DNA of 64,000 nucleotides from Candidatus Thorarchaeota archaeon (GCA_048882485.1 JBHLRP010000001.1:256001-320000); one strand, 5' to 3'. Positions 49,696 to 60,109 are shown, counted from the first letter of the stretch. Notes: a model not told the origin generated them from the sequence alone. Numbers and translations are program-made.

Positions 49696-50654
49696 TGCAG
49701 GGTATGGATGTAACACTCAATTTGATTGGGTGGTTGGTAATGGCGACGCTGCAAAGCTCAACTCCTTTGGTCTTAACTGCTCTCGGCGGGATGTTTTCGG
49801 AACGGTCAGGAGTAGTGAATATCGGACTAGAAGGCATGATGCTAATAGGAGCCTTCAGTGCTGTCGCAGCAACATACTTCACAGATAATCCTTGGATGGG
49901 CATTCTTGTGGCTGTAATTTCAGGGGGAATGCTCGCTGGAGCACATGCTATTGTCTGCGTCAAATTCAAGGGTGATCATATCGTAAGTGGCACCGGCGTA
50001 ATTCTGTTCGGAGGAGGATTTACCACCCTAATGCTTGATGTAGTATGGGGCCGTCGAGGTTATTCTGAACAAGTTACACAGCTTCCGAAAGTCAACTTGC
50101 AGCCATATATTGGTGACATACCCATTATTGGAACTGCATTTGGCAATCTCTCACCTATTGTCTATTGGATGTTCATTATAACAGGCATTTCGTTATATGT
50201 GCTATACAAGACACCTTTTGGCCTTAGACTTCGGGCGGCTGGAGAGGATCCAAGCACTCTTGACGCTGCGGGTGTGAATGTGGAATGGACTCGTGCTATT
50301 GGAGTTGTCCTTAGTGGATGCCTCGCTGGTCTTGGAGGTGCATATCTTTCAATAGGATTCGGCTCCGCCTTTGGGAAACTGATGACATCCGGTAGAGGAT
50401 TTATCGCATTGGCTGCTATGATTTTTGGCAATTGGACTCCAATAGGTTGCCTCCTGGCTGGCATATTCTTTGGATTTCTAAATGGCCTTCAGTATGCTCT
50501 GGTGCTAGCACCAGGATTTGAATGGCTGCAACCATATAACAATTTCATTCAAATGATACCCTTCATACTAGTAATTGTCGCACTATCTGGAATACGCAAG
50601 TCAATACCACCGAAGGGAATTGCGGTACCTTATGAAAAAGAAGCAAAAGCATAG
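49695..50654 (+). CDS. nucleoside ABC transporter permease
   Basis: 'SERSGVVNIGLEG', 'GLRLRA.GE.P', 'GRGFIALAAMIFG.W.P'. Confidence 0.92.
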   Translation: MQGMDVTLNLIGWLVMATLQSSTPLVLTALGGMFSERSGVVNIGLEGMMLIGAFSAVAATYFTDNPWMGILVAVISGGMLAGAHAIVCVKFKGDHIVSGTGVILFGGGFTTLMLDVVWGRRGYSEQVTQLPKVNLQPYIGDIPIIGTAFGNLSPIVYWMFIITGISLYVLYKTPFGLRLRAAGEDPSTLDAAGVNVEWTRAIGVVLSGCLAGLGGAYLSIGFGSAFGKLMTSGRGFIALAAMIFGNWTPIGCLLAGIFFGFLNGLQYALVLAPGFEWLQPYNNFIQMIPFILVIVALSGIRKSIPPKGIAVPYEKEAKA

Positions 50655-50746
50655 CGAGGCCGCTGCTTTTATGGCGGCGTCATTCTTTATTTCCGACTGA
50701 TGTCAGGATTACCTTTAAAACGAAACCATCCGGGCGATGAGTTACC

Positions 50747-51193
50747 TTGAAGAGAATTCACAACAGGAATCCGCTGATGTTATGTCTTATTGGCGGGTTG
50801 CTCATGATATCCTCTGGTGCGAGCGGAGCGATTGGTACCCTTGCTGAATTAGCTCCTCACCTAGGGAGTCTGTTCGGGACGGGGTTTGCCCTCACCTTTG
50901 ATATCATTATGGGGATTCTTGCGGCTCTAACACTCATTGGTGGCGTTGGTGTGATTGTCGGAGGCGTAGTTCTGACCACACGTTTCTATCGGCTTGGAAG
51001 AGTTGTTGTTATATTATGCATCGTGATGGGCGTTACAGGTCTCATCATGAGTCTGATCCAATTACTAATGGCGGGAACCCTGATGATGGGTCTATCCATG
51101 CAACTTGCTCAATCGGTGGGCTGGATCGGTGCGATCTTCTCATTGATTGCTCAGACAATTGCCGAGCAGCCTTCAATGCTTGTTTCATTGTGA
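50747..51193 (+). CDS. 4-TM membrane protein
   Basis: Gly-rich hydrophobic helices. Confidence 0.7.
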   Translation: MKRIHNRNPLMLCLIGGLLMISSGASGAIGTLAELAPHLGSLFGTGFALTFDIIMGILAALTLIGGVGVIVGGVVLTTRFYRLGRVVVILCIVMGVTGLIMSLIQLLMAGTLMMGLSMQLAQSVGWIGAIFSLIAQTIAEQPSMLVSL

Positions 51194-51197
51194 AACG

Positions 51198-51593
51198 TTA
51201 CACATCAAGAACTGAAACGGATGTTTCGAGCAACTTGGCAGCCTGAATGCACTCACGAAGGATCCCTGACTTATCTTGATCCATCGGTGCGAAGCACGAT
51301 ACAAACCAAACTCCCTTGCCTGTGCCCACAATGAGAGCTATAGCCCCCTCTGGATTTATCGCGACAAATCCATTCTTCTCAGTCATAGCGCTCAGGAATG
51401 AGATCTGCTTGACTACGAAATTGCTAGTTCCGCCATTCCAGGCACTGAAGATTGCATGGAGATTATTCGCGGAAAGCTGCATATTGTCAGTTGCATACGC
51501 GATTCTCCCTTCATAGGAGAATACAGCAGAGCCAATGATTCCTTCATAGTTGGACATTGCGATGTCTATAGTCCTCTTGATGCGCATGACCAT
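51198..51593 (-). CDS. profilin-like protein (eukaryotic signature protein)
   Basis: 131 aa; 'G.AV....G.I.Y.T.N', 'W..G..NF.V..I.F', 'VA.NP.G...LIV' matches the Asgard profilin layout as I recall it. Confidence 0.7.
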   Translation of the reverse strand: MVMRIKRTIDIAMSNYEGIIGSAVFSYEGRIAYATDNMQLSANNLHAIFSAWNGGTSNFVVKQISFLSAMTEKNGFVAINPEGAIALIVGTGKGVWFVSCFAPMDQDKSGILRECIQAAKLLETSVSVLDV

Positions 51594-51647
51594 TCTGATG
51601 TCCCATTATGAACTCCATCTAATGATAGAAATAGGTATGTGGCGTAT

Positions 51648-52235
51648 CTAGTTGGATGTGAACATCATTGCTTTTGCTAGAAGCAGAGTTCTTGCATGAA
51701 GCTCCTCGTTAGATACGTGAGATGTCAACCGGTTACCCTTGACAGACATACCATGCCTTAGCGCAATGGCCTCAAGGTTGTCGCCAAGCAATTTTGATGA
51801 TGTTAGCCGATAGTTGAACCAATCTCCGTTTGCTCCCTTTATTAGACAATTGACATCTATATAGCGATCATCGTCAAGCAGTAGTCTGAAATTCTTCCCT
51901 ATAGACTGCTTAATTGTCACATCTGCACCAAGGATACCCCTCAGGACTCCCTCGGTGAATATCGCAGCTGGACTCGGGAGGAAAGCCCAGGTCCAGAAGC
52001 TATATGCTAGTATCATGAGGCAGAGAGCCAGGAAGAAGCCTATGGTGTTGTATGATGCTATTACTTCGAACCCCTGTATCCACCCATCCGAAAATATCTC
52101 GGGTGGCGTCAAGTCAAAGATCCCTGGTGAATAGAAGAGATAGAAAGCAACGGTGCCTACAATGAGGATTGCAGAGAATGCAATCTTCTCTCTCTCCTTG
52201 TAAAGCGCCCTTGCGTTCGTGAGCAGCTCGTCCAT
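51648..52235 (-). CDS. 2-TM membrane protein with soluble C-terminal domain
   Basis: TAATG overlap with the upstream wHTH gene; two TM segments. Confidence 0.75.
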   Translation of the reverse strand: MDELLTNARALYKEREKIAFSAILIVGTVAFYLFYSPGIFDLTPPEIFSDGWIQGFEVIASYNTIGFFLALCLMILAYSFWTWAFLPSPAAIFTEGVLRGILGADVTIKQSIGKNFRLLLDDDRYIDVNCLIKGANGDWFNYRLTSSKLLGDNLEAIALRHGMSVKGNRLTSHVSNEELHARTLLLAKAMMFTSN

Positions 52236-52588
52236 TACTCTTCCTCCAGGGCTTTCAGGTAGATGTTCTTTGTTTCTCTTCCGTAAGCTCGACATATGTC
52301 AACAAGCACTCCCAAAAGGGGGTGCTCATTGTTGATTCTGATTGAATACAGCTTGGGAGTGAGTTGATCAATCAAGATCATCCTGTCCTCTTGAAGGTGT
52401 GCCAGCACACCCCTGTAGAGACTTCTTGATTTCCCACTGTACCCTATCAGACGACTGAGTTGGACACCACTGACGCTACGAGGGTATATGTGTCCCAGAG
52501 CCAAGAGTATCGCTCTCTTGGTGTCGTTGAGTGACGACATGAGCTGGAGCAGTTCATACACTGTGCGGCGTGTGTCTCCCTCTGCCAT
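52235..52588 (-). CDS. winged-helix DNA-binding protein
   Basis: 'TKRAILLAL...S..QLSRLIG...LY...L..L....I...' wHTH pattern. Confidence 0.7.
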   Translation of the reverse strand: MAEGDTRRTVYELLQLMSSLNDTKRAILLALGHIYPRSVSGVQLSRLIGYSGKSRSLYRGVLAHLQEDRMILIDQLTPKLYSIRINNEHPLLGVLVDICRAYGRETKNIYLKALEEE

Positions 52589-52796
52589 CGCAATCATGTC
52601 TTCCTTGGCACATCTAGTTGCTTGTGTCGCCCTTTACACAACATTTCTTGGACTAAAGGCTAGATGCAAAGACTAGGATGCTTCTCAATATATCTTTCTT
52701 TCCTAATTTCGAATTGATTGCACCCTACATCAGTTAATAAGAGAGCATTCGAGTATGAGTCAAGAACCTTGTATTCGTTGGAGGTTTATTCAGATT

Positions 52797-53363
52797 ATGG
52801 CTTTCGGTAGCAAATACTTCGGTTGGTTGTCAGCTATGGCGATAGTTCTCGCTGGAGGCTGGTTCCTCTTGCCAGCCGGGTATAACACCTTGATTCAGTG
52901 GATGGCTCCACAATTGGGTAACTATGTGCGGCCTTCACTTGTCATGGTCAACATTCTACTAGTCAACCCATTGACCAATATCACGATGGTCGCGATTTGG
53001 GGTGCAGCTGGTTTTGTCGGAGGAGTGCTAGCTGGTACCAAGAAGGGGGCCTTCGTGGTAGGATTCATGACCTGGCTCTTCTGCATATTATTGGCTGGGT
53101 TTTGTGTCATTCAGATGTTCATGTCTGGCCTTGACTTGGGCTCAATTCCTCCAATTCCACCGGGTAGTTCGATTGTTGATATTCTAGGTATTCCACTGAT
53201 CCAGGATGTGATTGGCGGAATACTCCCTATGATTGCAGGTTTTGCAGGTGGAGGTTTGGACATCTTCTCCATGATTCTGCCGCTTGTGATGTGGGTTGTT
53301 GTGCCAATCGTTGTGGTGATTGTAGCCGGAGTAGCTGGCGCGATGGTTCGTCCTAAGGAGTGA
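52797..53363 (+). CDS. multi-TM membrane protein
   Basis: Hydrophobic segments, 'PP.PPG.SI.DIL.IP'; 6 bp from the next gene. Confidence 0.75.
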   Translation: MAFGSKYFGWLSAMAIVLAGGWFLLPAGYNTLIQWMAPQLGNYVRPSLVMVNILLVNPLTNITMVAIWGAAGFVGGVLAGTKKGAFVVGFMTWLFCILLAGFCVIQMFMSGLDLGSIPPIPPGSSIVDILGIPLIQDVIGGILPMIAGFAGGGLDIFSMILPLVMWVVVPIVVVIVAGVAGAMVRPKE

Positions 53364-53369
53364 TGATAG

Positions 53370-55037
53370 ATGAAGCACGCATACAAGCACGCGTTTATTA
53401 TTGTGTTAATGGGATTTCTACTGGTATCTCCAGCCGTGGCGGCTACTGTTTTCAAGAATAGCTATACCCCGGCACAGGACATTAGCATTGATGATCTTTT
53501 GTCTAACATTATAGAGCATGGTGCGGAACTCGTATTTGCAAACATCGACGAGGAAGGCGCACCACAGGTAATCTATGGGCAGCTTGGAATACCCTCTGAG
53601 GATCTCGGTCTAACAACTGGCGGTGTTCTCTCTGAGATGTATACTGGCTGTATAGCCATGGTCCTGGTGGCAACCTATGGTGAGATGCTTCAGTACATCT
53701 TTGACCTAATTGGGTTCATGGGTACAAACGAATCAGATGGAGGGATCTTTCCGCTTCAGACTGACATGTTCAGCATGGACTCAATAATGGACCTCATCGG
53801 AGATGAACTCAATATGATGATCAATGTCTTCATTGATGTTGAAGCAACAACATCTCAGACGAGAATGAACATGATAAAGAACCACCTGAGTCTCCAATTC
53901 GGATTCGGATTCTCAGAGCTGTTCTACTTGCGAATTGATGAGAGTTTCTTCCCTCCCGATGCAGGGATCCAACTTCCCTTCCAGTCACTCGATGTCTATA
54001 TCAATCAGATGACGATTTCTGATCAAGAGGTCATTGACGCGATATTCAATGTTATGAACACTGGGGGCTTTGCAGATTCCATTGATCAGACAAAATTCAA
54101 GAATGCTGATGCGGCTGCAGCAGGTCTAGTTGCAATCCCTGATATGGACGCATTACTGAACCTAATAAGTGGATTCTCTGGTTCTCCGCCAGCTAGTTTT
54201 GTTGTCTCAGACTTCTTTGCCTCGCAGTTCGACATCGGCAATCTAACACTGGAAGGGCCTCTGGCTGTTGCTGCAGTTGGATATCTTGGAAATCAGCTGC
54301 TATCAACTTCGAGTACTGATTTGGATATCTTTGCTGATCTGCTGGGTGCTACAACTGACATCGAACCTTTGAGTCAAGGAATGTCAGCTGTCATTGCCAA
54401 ATTCCCGTTCAACATCAATGTCACAGGATATTCCCCTGAGAACCAGGCTCAGAATCTCACATTCTATGACAATTCTTCGAACATTATCTTCTGGAATGCA
54501 ACTGGCCTAGGAACTCAGCCTGACTACAGTGTGACTTTCAATGCAACGAACTTACCACCTCTGATAGCATTGGAGCGCACGTTCATACCGGATAGTTGTG
54601 CAGTGGGAGAATCGACTCAAGTTACAGTGACTGTGACCAATGATGGTGATGATCCTATCGCCAACGTGTCACTTGATGATACTGCTTTCAGTGCGATCTA
54701 TCCGGATGTTGCAGTCAGCGGCTCCACTACTGGATCCTGGCCATCGTTAGCAGCTGGAGCATCTCAGAGCATCACCTACACGGTGACATTCACTAATGAG
54801 GGTCGTTACACATTCCCCGGTGCAGTTGTCACCTACACCTACAATACGAACATCTTCAGCAAGGACACACGCAATCAGGGCTTTGATGTGAATGCGGATA
54901 TTGTAGGTCTGCTGCAGCAGGGAATTGCAGATGGCTGGCCTTACACTGGAATGATTCTTGGTCTAGTCGGTGTAACTGGCATCTACTCAGTCTTGGGATT
55001 GATTCGTGGCGGCGGTAGCGAGTACTATCAGACATAA
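53370..55037 (+). CDS. secreted, C-terminally anchored cell-surface protein with BatD/DUF11-like Ig domain
   Basis: Signal peptide, many NxS/T sequons, 'VGE...VTVTVTN.G...I.NV.L.D', C-terminal TM segment. Confidence 0.8.
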   Translation: MKHAYKHAFIIVLMGFLLVSPAVAATVFKNSYTPAQDISIDDLLSNIIEHGAELVFANIDEEGAPQVIYGQLGIPSEDLGLTTGGVLSEMYTGCIAMVLVATYGEMLQYIFDLIGFMGTNESDGGIFPLQTDMFSMDSIMDLIGDELNMMINVFIDVEATTSQTRMNMIKNHLSLQFGFGFSELFYLRIDESFFPPDAGIQLPFQSLDVYINQMTISDQEVIDAIFNVMNTGGFADSIDQTKFKNADAAAAGLVAIPDMDALLNLISGFSGSPPASFVVSDFFASQFDIGNLTLEGPLAVAAVGYLGNQLLSTSSTDLDIFADLLGATTDIEPLSQGMSAVIAKFPFNINVTGYSPENQAQNLTFYDNSSNIIFWNATGLGTQPDYSVTFNATNLPPLIALERTFIPDSCAVGESTQVTVTVTNDGDDPIANVSLDDTAFSAIYPDVAVSGSTTGSWPSLAAGASQSITYTVTFTNEGRYTFPGAVVTYTYNTNIFSKDTRNQGFDVNADIVGLLQQGIADGWPYTGMILGLVGVTGIYSVLGLIRGGGSEYYQT

Positions 55038-55050
55038 AACACACGATGAA

Positions 55051-55097
55051 TGGGTGCTCTATTTCTTCGGAGATGGGCACCCACTCAGGTTTCTTTT
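55051..55097 (+). terminator. UUCG-tetraloop hairpin plus T-tract
   Basis: TGGGTGCTCTATTTC-TTCG-GAGATGGGCACCCA then TTTCTTTT. Confidence 0.7.
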
Positions 55098-55166
55098 GCC
55101 GAGCTTGGCAACAATAGACTCAGATTTTCTTATGATTCTCCATTCATCTTGAGTATGCGAGCTCAT

Positions 55167-55880
55167 TCAAAGCTCGCTCTTTTCCTGCTTAGCTTTCAGT
55201 CTCCATTGATAGCATGATGCAACTCCAGCACAAATCCACAAAGTTGCCAGAATTTGATGTGGTATTAGCAACACCCGTAGACTTTGAGCCAATGGAGATG
55301 GGAATATTGCGATGACCCACATCATAATCTGTGTATCTACCTCTATAGTTTGATTCTGACTTGGATTATAGTAATTTGCAGTCCAGTTGGCCACAGTGAT
55401 AGGTCCCGAAAGAGGATATGGCAGAGAAATAGCTAAATTGGTGTCATTAGCATAGGTGCCAGAATAATAGAATACATCTGGTCGATTCTCATCCACAATG
55501 TAGAATGTAACATTTCCATTTTCCAAAAGAATTCGAACTTCAAAGTCTGATCCATCAAGAGATCCTTGGTTTGATAAGGGGCCCAGTTTACTCCGTTCTC
55601 CGGGTGAGAGGGAAAAGGTAGCAGTTGCACCCGGACTGCCATAGTAATAGGCATTGATTTCAAACTGATTGAGTATCAATACAGGCGAAATAACAAGGGT
55701 ACTCAGTAGTAAAACCATCATGCCATTCCTTCTCTTTCTTATCCATTGACTTTTCCAAAAAATGACAAAGCATACTATAACAGTAGGAATGGACGAAATC
55801 ACCACATTCCAGAGATAGTACACTACCGAGAGCATATGTAAACCCTCAATTGCACGCAAGTTGAGCTTGTACCTTTCCAC
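55167..55880 (-). CDS. membrane protein with extracellular beta-rich domain
   Basis: Two N-terminal TM segments, NxS/T-rich loop, C-terminal TM segment. Confidence 0.6.
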   Translation of the reverse strand: MERYKLNLRAIEGLHMLSVVYYLWNVVISSIPTVIVCFVIFWKSQWIRKRRNGMMVLLLSTLVISPVLILNQFEINAYYYGSPGATATFSLSPGERSKLGPLSNQGSLDGSDFEVRILLENGNVTFYIVDENRPDVFYYSGTYANDTNLAISLPYPLSGPITVANWTANYYNPSQNQTIEVDTQIMMWVIAIFPSPLAQSLRVLLIPHQILATLWICAGVASCYQWRLKAKQEKSEL

Positions 55881-56009
55881 ATTAGATTAATTAGCTATTA
55901 GATTTTATTGCTCATTTACATCGTGATTGATAAGTTCGTAAGTATCAGGAACTACTCGTGCATCATGTTTATCTGAGGTGAGTCTGAACAAGACCTCCTG
56001 TGAAGTGAC

Positions 56010-56948
56010 ATGCCACTCCGCGATGAACTTAATGGTTACCTTAGGCTTCCTAGAGCGTTCTTTGGCGTTAAGGAGCCTGAGACCGGGATTCCTGATGTAG
56101 GTGTATTGGGTGTGCCTTATGACCTGACATCTAGCCATATGCCTGGGTGCCGCTTTGGTCCTGATGCCATCAGAGCTGCTACGGACTCCGAGAGGTCCCA
56201 CAGCTTTCCGCTAACAATTGGTAAAGGAGCCATGCTCACGGATGATCCCTTGTCAAAGCTCATCACACTAGAGGACATTGGAGACCTTGAGGTAATGGGA
56301 CGACTCCCTGACGCAGCTCAAGTCGATATCTCAGAAGCCGCTGCAAAGCTGGCTATATTGAATTCCAGCTTCTTGTTCCTAGGTGGCGATCACTTCATCA
56401 CCTATCCTCTCCTAAAGGGAATCAAGCGAGCTAGTCCTGGACGATATGGGATTGTCTATTTCGATTCTCACGCTGATTTCTATGAAGACTACGGTGGATA
56501 CTCTTTATCGCACGCTACGACACTGAGGCGGCTGGTTGAGGAGAAGGTGGTAGGGATTGAGGATGTGGTTGCATATGACCTTCGATCAGCTCTTCCCGAG
56601 CAGAAGAAAGCCATTCTTGGAGACAATACTCTGATTCCTACATTTGAGTCGTTTCAGGAATCGCTCAACGCAGTGTCCGAACGTGTCGATTCGTTGTATG
56701 TGTCCATAGACCTTGATGTATTAAGACCCAGCATCCAGTCTAGTGTCAGTCATCCAGAGTCTGGCGGTCCTGATGTTGAAACACTAGCTGGATTCATCAG
56801 AGCATGTTTTGCGACAAAGAAGGTTCGATATGCGGATATAGTGGAACTGAATCCCTTAACTGATAAGTCTGGTCTTGGAGCCATTGCCGCACGTGATATT
56901 GTGAAGGAAATCCTCACCGGATTCGCCTTTCAGAAAGGCTTAAATTAG
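56010..56948 (+). CDS. agmatinase/ureohydrolase family protein
   Basis: 'G.RFGP.AIR', GGDH, DSHAD, SHAT, SIDLDV, 'VELNP'. Confidence 0.88.
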   Translation: MPLRDELNGYLRLPRAFFGVKEPETGIPDVGVLGVPYDLTSSHMPGCRFGPDAIRAATDSERSHSFPLTIGKGAMLTDDPLSKLITLEDIGDLEVMGRLPDAAQVDISEAAAKLAILNSSFLFLGGDHFITYPLLKGIKRASPGRYGIVYFDSHADFYEDYGGYSLSHATTLRRLVEEKVVGIEDVVAYDLRSALPEQKKAILGDNTLIPTFESFQESLNAVSERVDSLYVSIDLDVLRPSIQSSVSHPESGGPDVETLAGFIRACFATKKVRYADIVELNPLTDKSGLGAIAARDIVKEILTGFAFQKGLN

Positions 56949-56976
56949 TAGTAATTGCACATAATTTTCGGCTGAG

Positions 56977-57702
56977 ATGACAATTGCTGAAGAGAGAATA
57001 GAGCAAGTGAGCTCACGAGCAGAGGCAACACTAAGGGAATTTGGATTTGGTGCGCACGAATCCTCAGTGATACTATCACTGAACCAGCTTGAGAGTGCGA
57101 CTGTAGCTGATCTCTCTACAGCAACAGGAATTCACCACGCAAATCTCTATTCTGTTCTTGATGGTCTTGTGTCTAGAGGTTTAGTCATTGAACATGAAGG
57201 TAGACCTCGGAGATTCGAGTTCACTCCATTATCCAACGCGAGAGACCTCCTATCTACAAGATTGGACCAGCTTATCCTGGACATGGAGAGGATTCAACAG
57301 GAGCGAGAAACCACACAGCATCTGCCCACGCTGATATACACAATCCGTGGCAGGTCCATAGTTGAATCAAAGATACAGGGTATGATTTCAAAGGCAACAG
57401 AACGGATACTCCTCGTAACACCTACTTTGGAGATGTTTGATGAGCCCTTTCATGTAGCATTGAAGACTGCATCCGAACGCGGTGTTTCGATACGATTGAT
57501 GGTTGCGGAGGCAGCCGATGAGCTAGACTATAAGGTCGAGCAGAGAATCAGAGAAGATACACTCGCAGTCAATCTAGTAGTCGATGGTGCGGAAGCCCTT
57601 ATTTCGATGCCAGACCTGTCGGTATGTGGATGGGCTGATAATGCTCTGATATCTCTGCAGCTCGAGGGATTTCTTGAGCAGACATGGAATATGTCGAGGT
57701 AG
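56977..57702 (+). CDS. TrmB family transcriptional regulator
   Basis: N-terminal wHTH 'LY.VL..L..RGLV....GRP', C-terminal PLD-like effector domain 'VVDG.EAL'. Confidence 0.88.
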   Translation: MTIAEERIEQVSSRAEATLREFGFGAHESSVILSLNQLESATVADLSTATGIHHANLYSVLDGLVSRGLVIEHEGRPRRFEFTPLSNARDLLSTRLDQLILDMERIQQERETTQHLPTLIYTIRGRSIVESKIQGMISKATERILLVTPTLEMFDEPFHVALKTASERGVSIRLMVAEAADELDYKVEQRIREDTLAVNLVVDGAEALISMPDLSVCGWADNALISLQLEGFLEQTWNMSR

Positions 57703-57708
57703 CACACT

Positions 57709-59082
57709 ATGGTAGATTATGATGTTATTGTCGCTGGAGCCGGCACGGGGGGCGCAATCACAGCGCTTACCTTGGCCCAGAAAGGCCATTCGGTCCTGGT
57801 TCTAGACAGAAAGGCGAGGGACACAATTGGCCTGAAGACTTGTGGGGACGCTTTAGGTGCCCATCACATCCGTGAGCTAAAGGAGATGATTGGTCTTCCT
57901 GACTTGCCGAAGGATATTATCGAACACCATGTTTCAGGAATGGACCTTTACGCTCCTGATGGAGAGCACAAGCTCACAATGGTTGGAGAGACCACTAGGG
58001 GATACTCATTTAATCGACACAAGATGGGACAGTGGCTAGTTTCTCTAGTTGAGAAAGCTGGTGCTGAGGTATTGGCTTCCACTCGAGTCAAGAAGCTTCT
58101 GTTCGAAGAAGGGAAGGTTTCTGGTGTCAGAATCTCCAAGGAAGGCGAGGATGCTGAGAAGGACTTCACTGCGAGAATCGTTGTAGATGCAACAGGTGCC
58201 ACTGGAATGCTCCGCCGTCAGCTACCAGATAGTTCACCGATTGAGAAGACTGTTGCCAAGGAAGATCAGATGGTAGCATGGAGGGACATCTATGAAACCC
58301 CAGAATACGAATTCGAGACTCCGGACATTCTAGAGATCCACTGGAATCAGGAACAGACACTTGGGGGTTATACCTGGGTGTTTCCTGCAGGTCCACATAG
58401 AGTCAATGTTGGGCTCGGGGTTATGATGATTCCAGGTTATACCCATCCAAAGACAATCTTCAATAGATTCGTCAGGACCAACTGGGATTTCATGAAAACC
58501 AAACTCATGATATACGATAGCAGTGGGGGGATTGCTCCCATCCGGCGTCCTATAGACACAATGGTGGATGACAACTTTATGCTGGTTGGGGACTCAGCAT
58601 GTCAGGTGAATCCCATACATGGAGGAGGAATTGGTTCTTCTATGCTAGGGGGCGTTCATGCCGCAAATGTTGCATCAGAGGCCCTTGAGAGAAACAACAC
58701 TTCTATTGATTCTCTGTGGGAGTATAATCCTCGATATATGGAGGCATATGGCATAAAGCAAGCATCATTGGATGTCTTCAGATGGTTCCTACTCAATGTC
58801 ACAAATGATGAGATTGACTTTGCATTCCAGAAGGGAATTGTTAAGGGAATTGATCTTCTTAGCGTCAGCATTACAGGCAAGATGGAGATTGGAATGGGCG
58901 ACAAGTTCAAGCGGTTAGTTTCAGGCATCGGGAATATCCCGCTGCTGAGAAGAGTCAACAAAGTGGCTTCCTTGATGGAAGATGTGAAAGAAGTCTACAG
59001 GCAGTATCCTGACTCACCTAAGGGACTTGAGGCTTGGAAAGCTCGACTTACTCCAATCTATGATGCTGCAAAGGCATTGTAG
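57709..59082 (+). CDS. geranylgeranyl reductase family FAD oxidoreductase
   Basis: GAGTGG, 'K.CGD', 'GY.WVFP', 'VGDSA..VNP.HGGGI'. Confidence 0.9.
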   Translation: MVDYDVIVAGAGTGGAITALTLAQKGHSVLVLDRKARDTIGLKTCGDALGAHHIRELKEMIGLPDLPKDIIEHHVSGMDLYAPDGEHKLTMVGETTRGYSFNRHKMGQWLVSLVEKAGAEVLASTRVKKLLFEEGKVSGVRISKEGEDAEKDFTARIVVDATGATGMLRRQLPDSSPIEKTVAKEDQMVAWRDIYETPEYEFETPDILEIHWNQEQTLGGYTWVFPAGPHRVNVGLGVMMIPGYTHPKTIFNRFVRTNWDFMKTKLMIYDSSGGIAPIRRPIDTMVDDNFMLVGDSACQVNPIHGGGIGSSMLGGVHAANVASEALERNNTSIDSLWEYNPRYMEAYGIKQASLDVFRWFLLNVTNDEIDFAFQKGIVKGIDLLSVSITGKMEIGMGDKFKRLVSGIGNIPLLRRVNKVASLMEDVKEVYRQYPDSPKGLEAWKARLTPIYDAAKAL

Positions 59083-59106
59083 CAAATCAAGGACCTGTGT
59101 GTTTCA

Positions 59107-60051
59107 ATGAGATGTATGGGAGTTGCAGGTAGCGTTTCTCTCTACGCTCATGATGACTCCTATCTCTCCTACTTCAATAGTCCTTTCATTGGTCACAGAA
59201 GATTCAGTTCAATTGATGTGTATCCCGCAGATGGTGCGTGGGACGGTCCAGCGTTTTCACCAATTGATGGGAAAGTCACCCAGGTGAGAACTTTGAAGAT
59301 GGGAAAAAAGAAGGCTTTCCCCACTTCTTCTCGCGACTATGCGATTGCAATCGCACCTGACGATGTGACGGACACAATTGTCCGGATTCTACATTGCAGG
59401 CCCAAAGTATCCGAAGGTGACGTTGTTTCAAAAGGGGATCTCATTGGGAGTCTAATCAGGTCTAGATACTTCTGCTTTTGGACTGGCCCCCATTATCATG
59501 TCGAAGCAATGCATCCGAAGGACTTCATCAGGCCATCTCAATCATTTCCGATAATAGTCAAGACTAGAACGATTAACACTATTCTAGGAAATTCGGCCAA
59601 TCAGTTTGAGTGTGAGGTCATGAACTGCACTCAAGATATTGTGGAGTGTTGGTCACATGAGATTTCTTCCGCAAGCATGGAGGAATATCACGGACACTTA
59701 GCTAAAATTGGCAGTTCATCTAGCATTCTTGATGCTGGCGTCCCCCATTACAAAAAAGGAGGATTGCTAGGAAATCCAATTGCAGATATTGGCTATCCAA
59801 TTCAGGCGTTTGGCGTCTCAATAGGTCGTGTATCATCGATATCTGAATCCTTTGTACAATTCATAATGGAGAAGAATGTAATTGCTACTCTGGATGGGGA
59901 GAATCTTGGGGGTCTATCGACACATCTCTATTCCAATAGGCAGCTAATTAATGGCCGTCCCCCCATCTTCCTGATCCCCGAAGAACGCAATCAGTTTGAA
60001 GGAAGGCTATCCGAGGGTGACTGCATCGTTCTCAGTATCAATAAAACTTGA
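59107..60051 (+). CDS. M23-like zinc peptidase-fold protein without signal peptide
   Basis: 'H.....D.Y', 'SPIDGKV', 'LH', 'V.EGD.V..GD.IG', 'WTGPHYHVE'. Confidence 0.65.
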   Translation: MRCMGVAGSVSLYAHDDSYLSYFNSPFIGHRRFSSIDVYPADGAWDGPAFSPIDGKVTQVRTLKMGKKKAFPTSSRDYAIAIAPDDVTDTIVRILHCRPKVSEGDVVSKGDLIGSLIRSRYFCFWTGPHYHVEAMHPKDFIRPSQSFPIIVKTRTINTILGNSANQFECEVMNCTQDIVECWSHEISSASMEEYHGHLAKIGSSSSILDAGVPHYKKGGLLGNPIADIGYPIQAFGVSIGRVSSISESFVQFIMEKNVIATLDGENLGGLSTHLYSNRQLINGRPPIFLIPEERNQFEGRLSEGDCIVLSINKT

Positions 60052-60074
60052 ATCCCCGTCATTGCTAAAAGCGA

Positions 60075-60109
60075 AAAAGAAGGAGAGAGGAGCTCAAAGG
60101 CTCCTCTCT
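60075..60109 (-). terminator. hairpin plus U-tract terminator of the secreted peptide gene
   Basis: AGAGAGGAGC/GCTCCTCTCT 10-bp stem, followed on the minus strand by CCTTCTTTTT. Confidence 0.75.
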
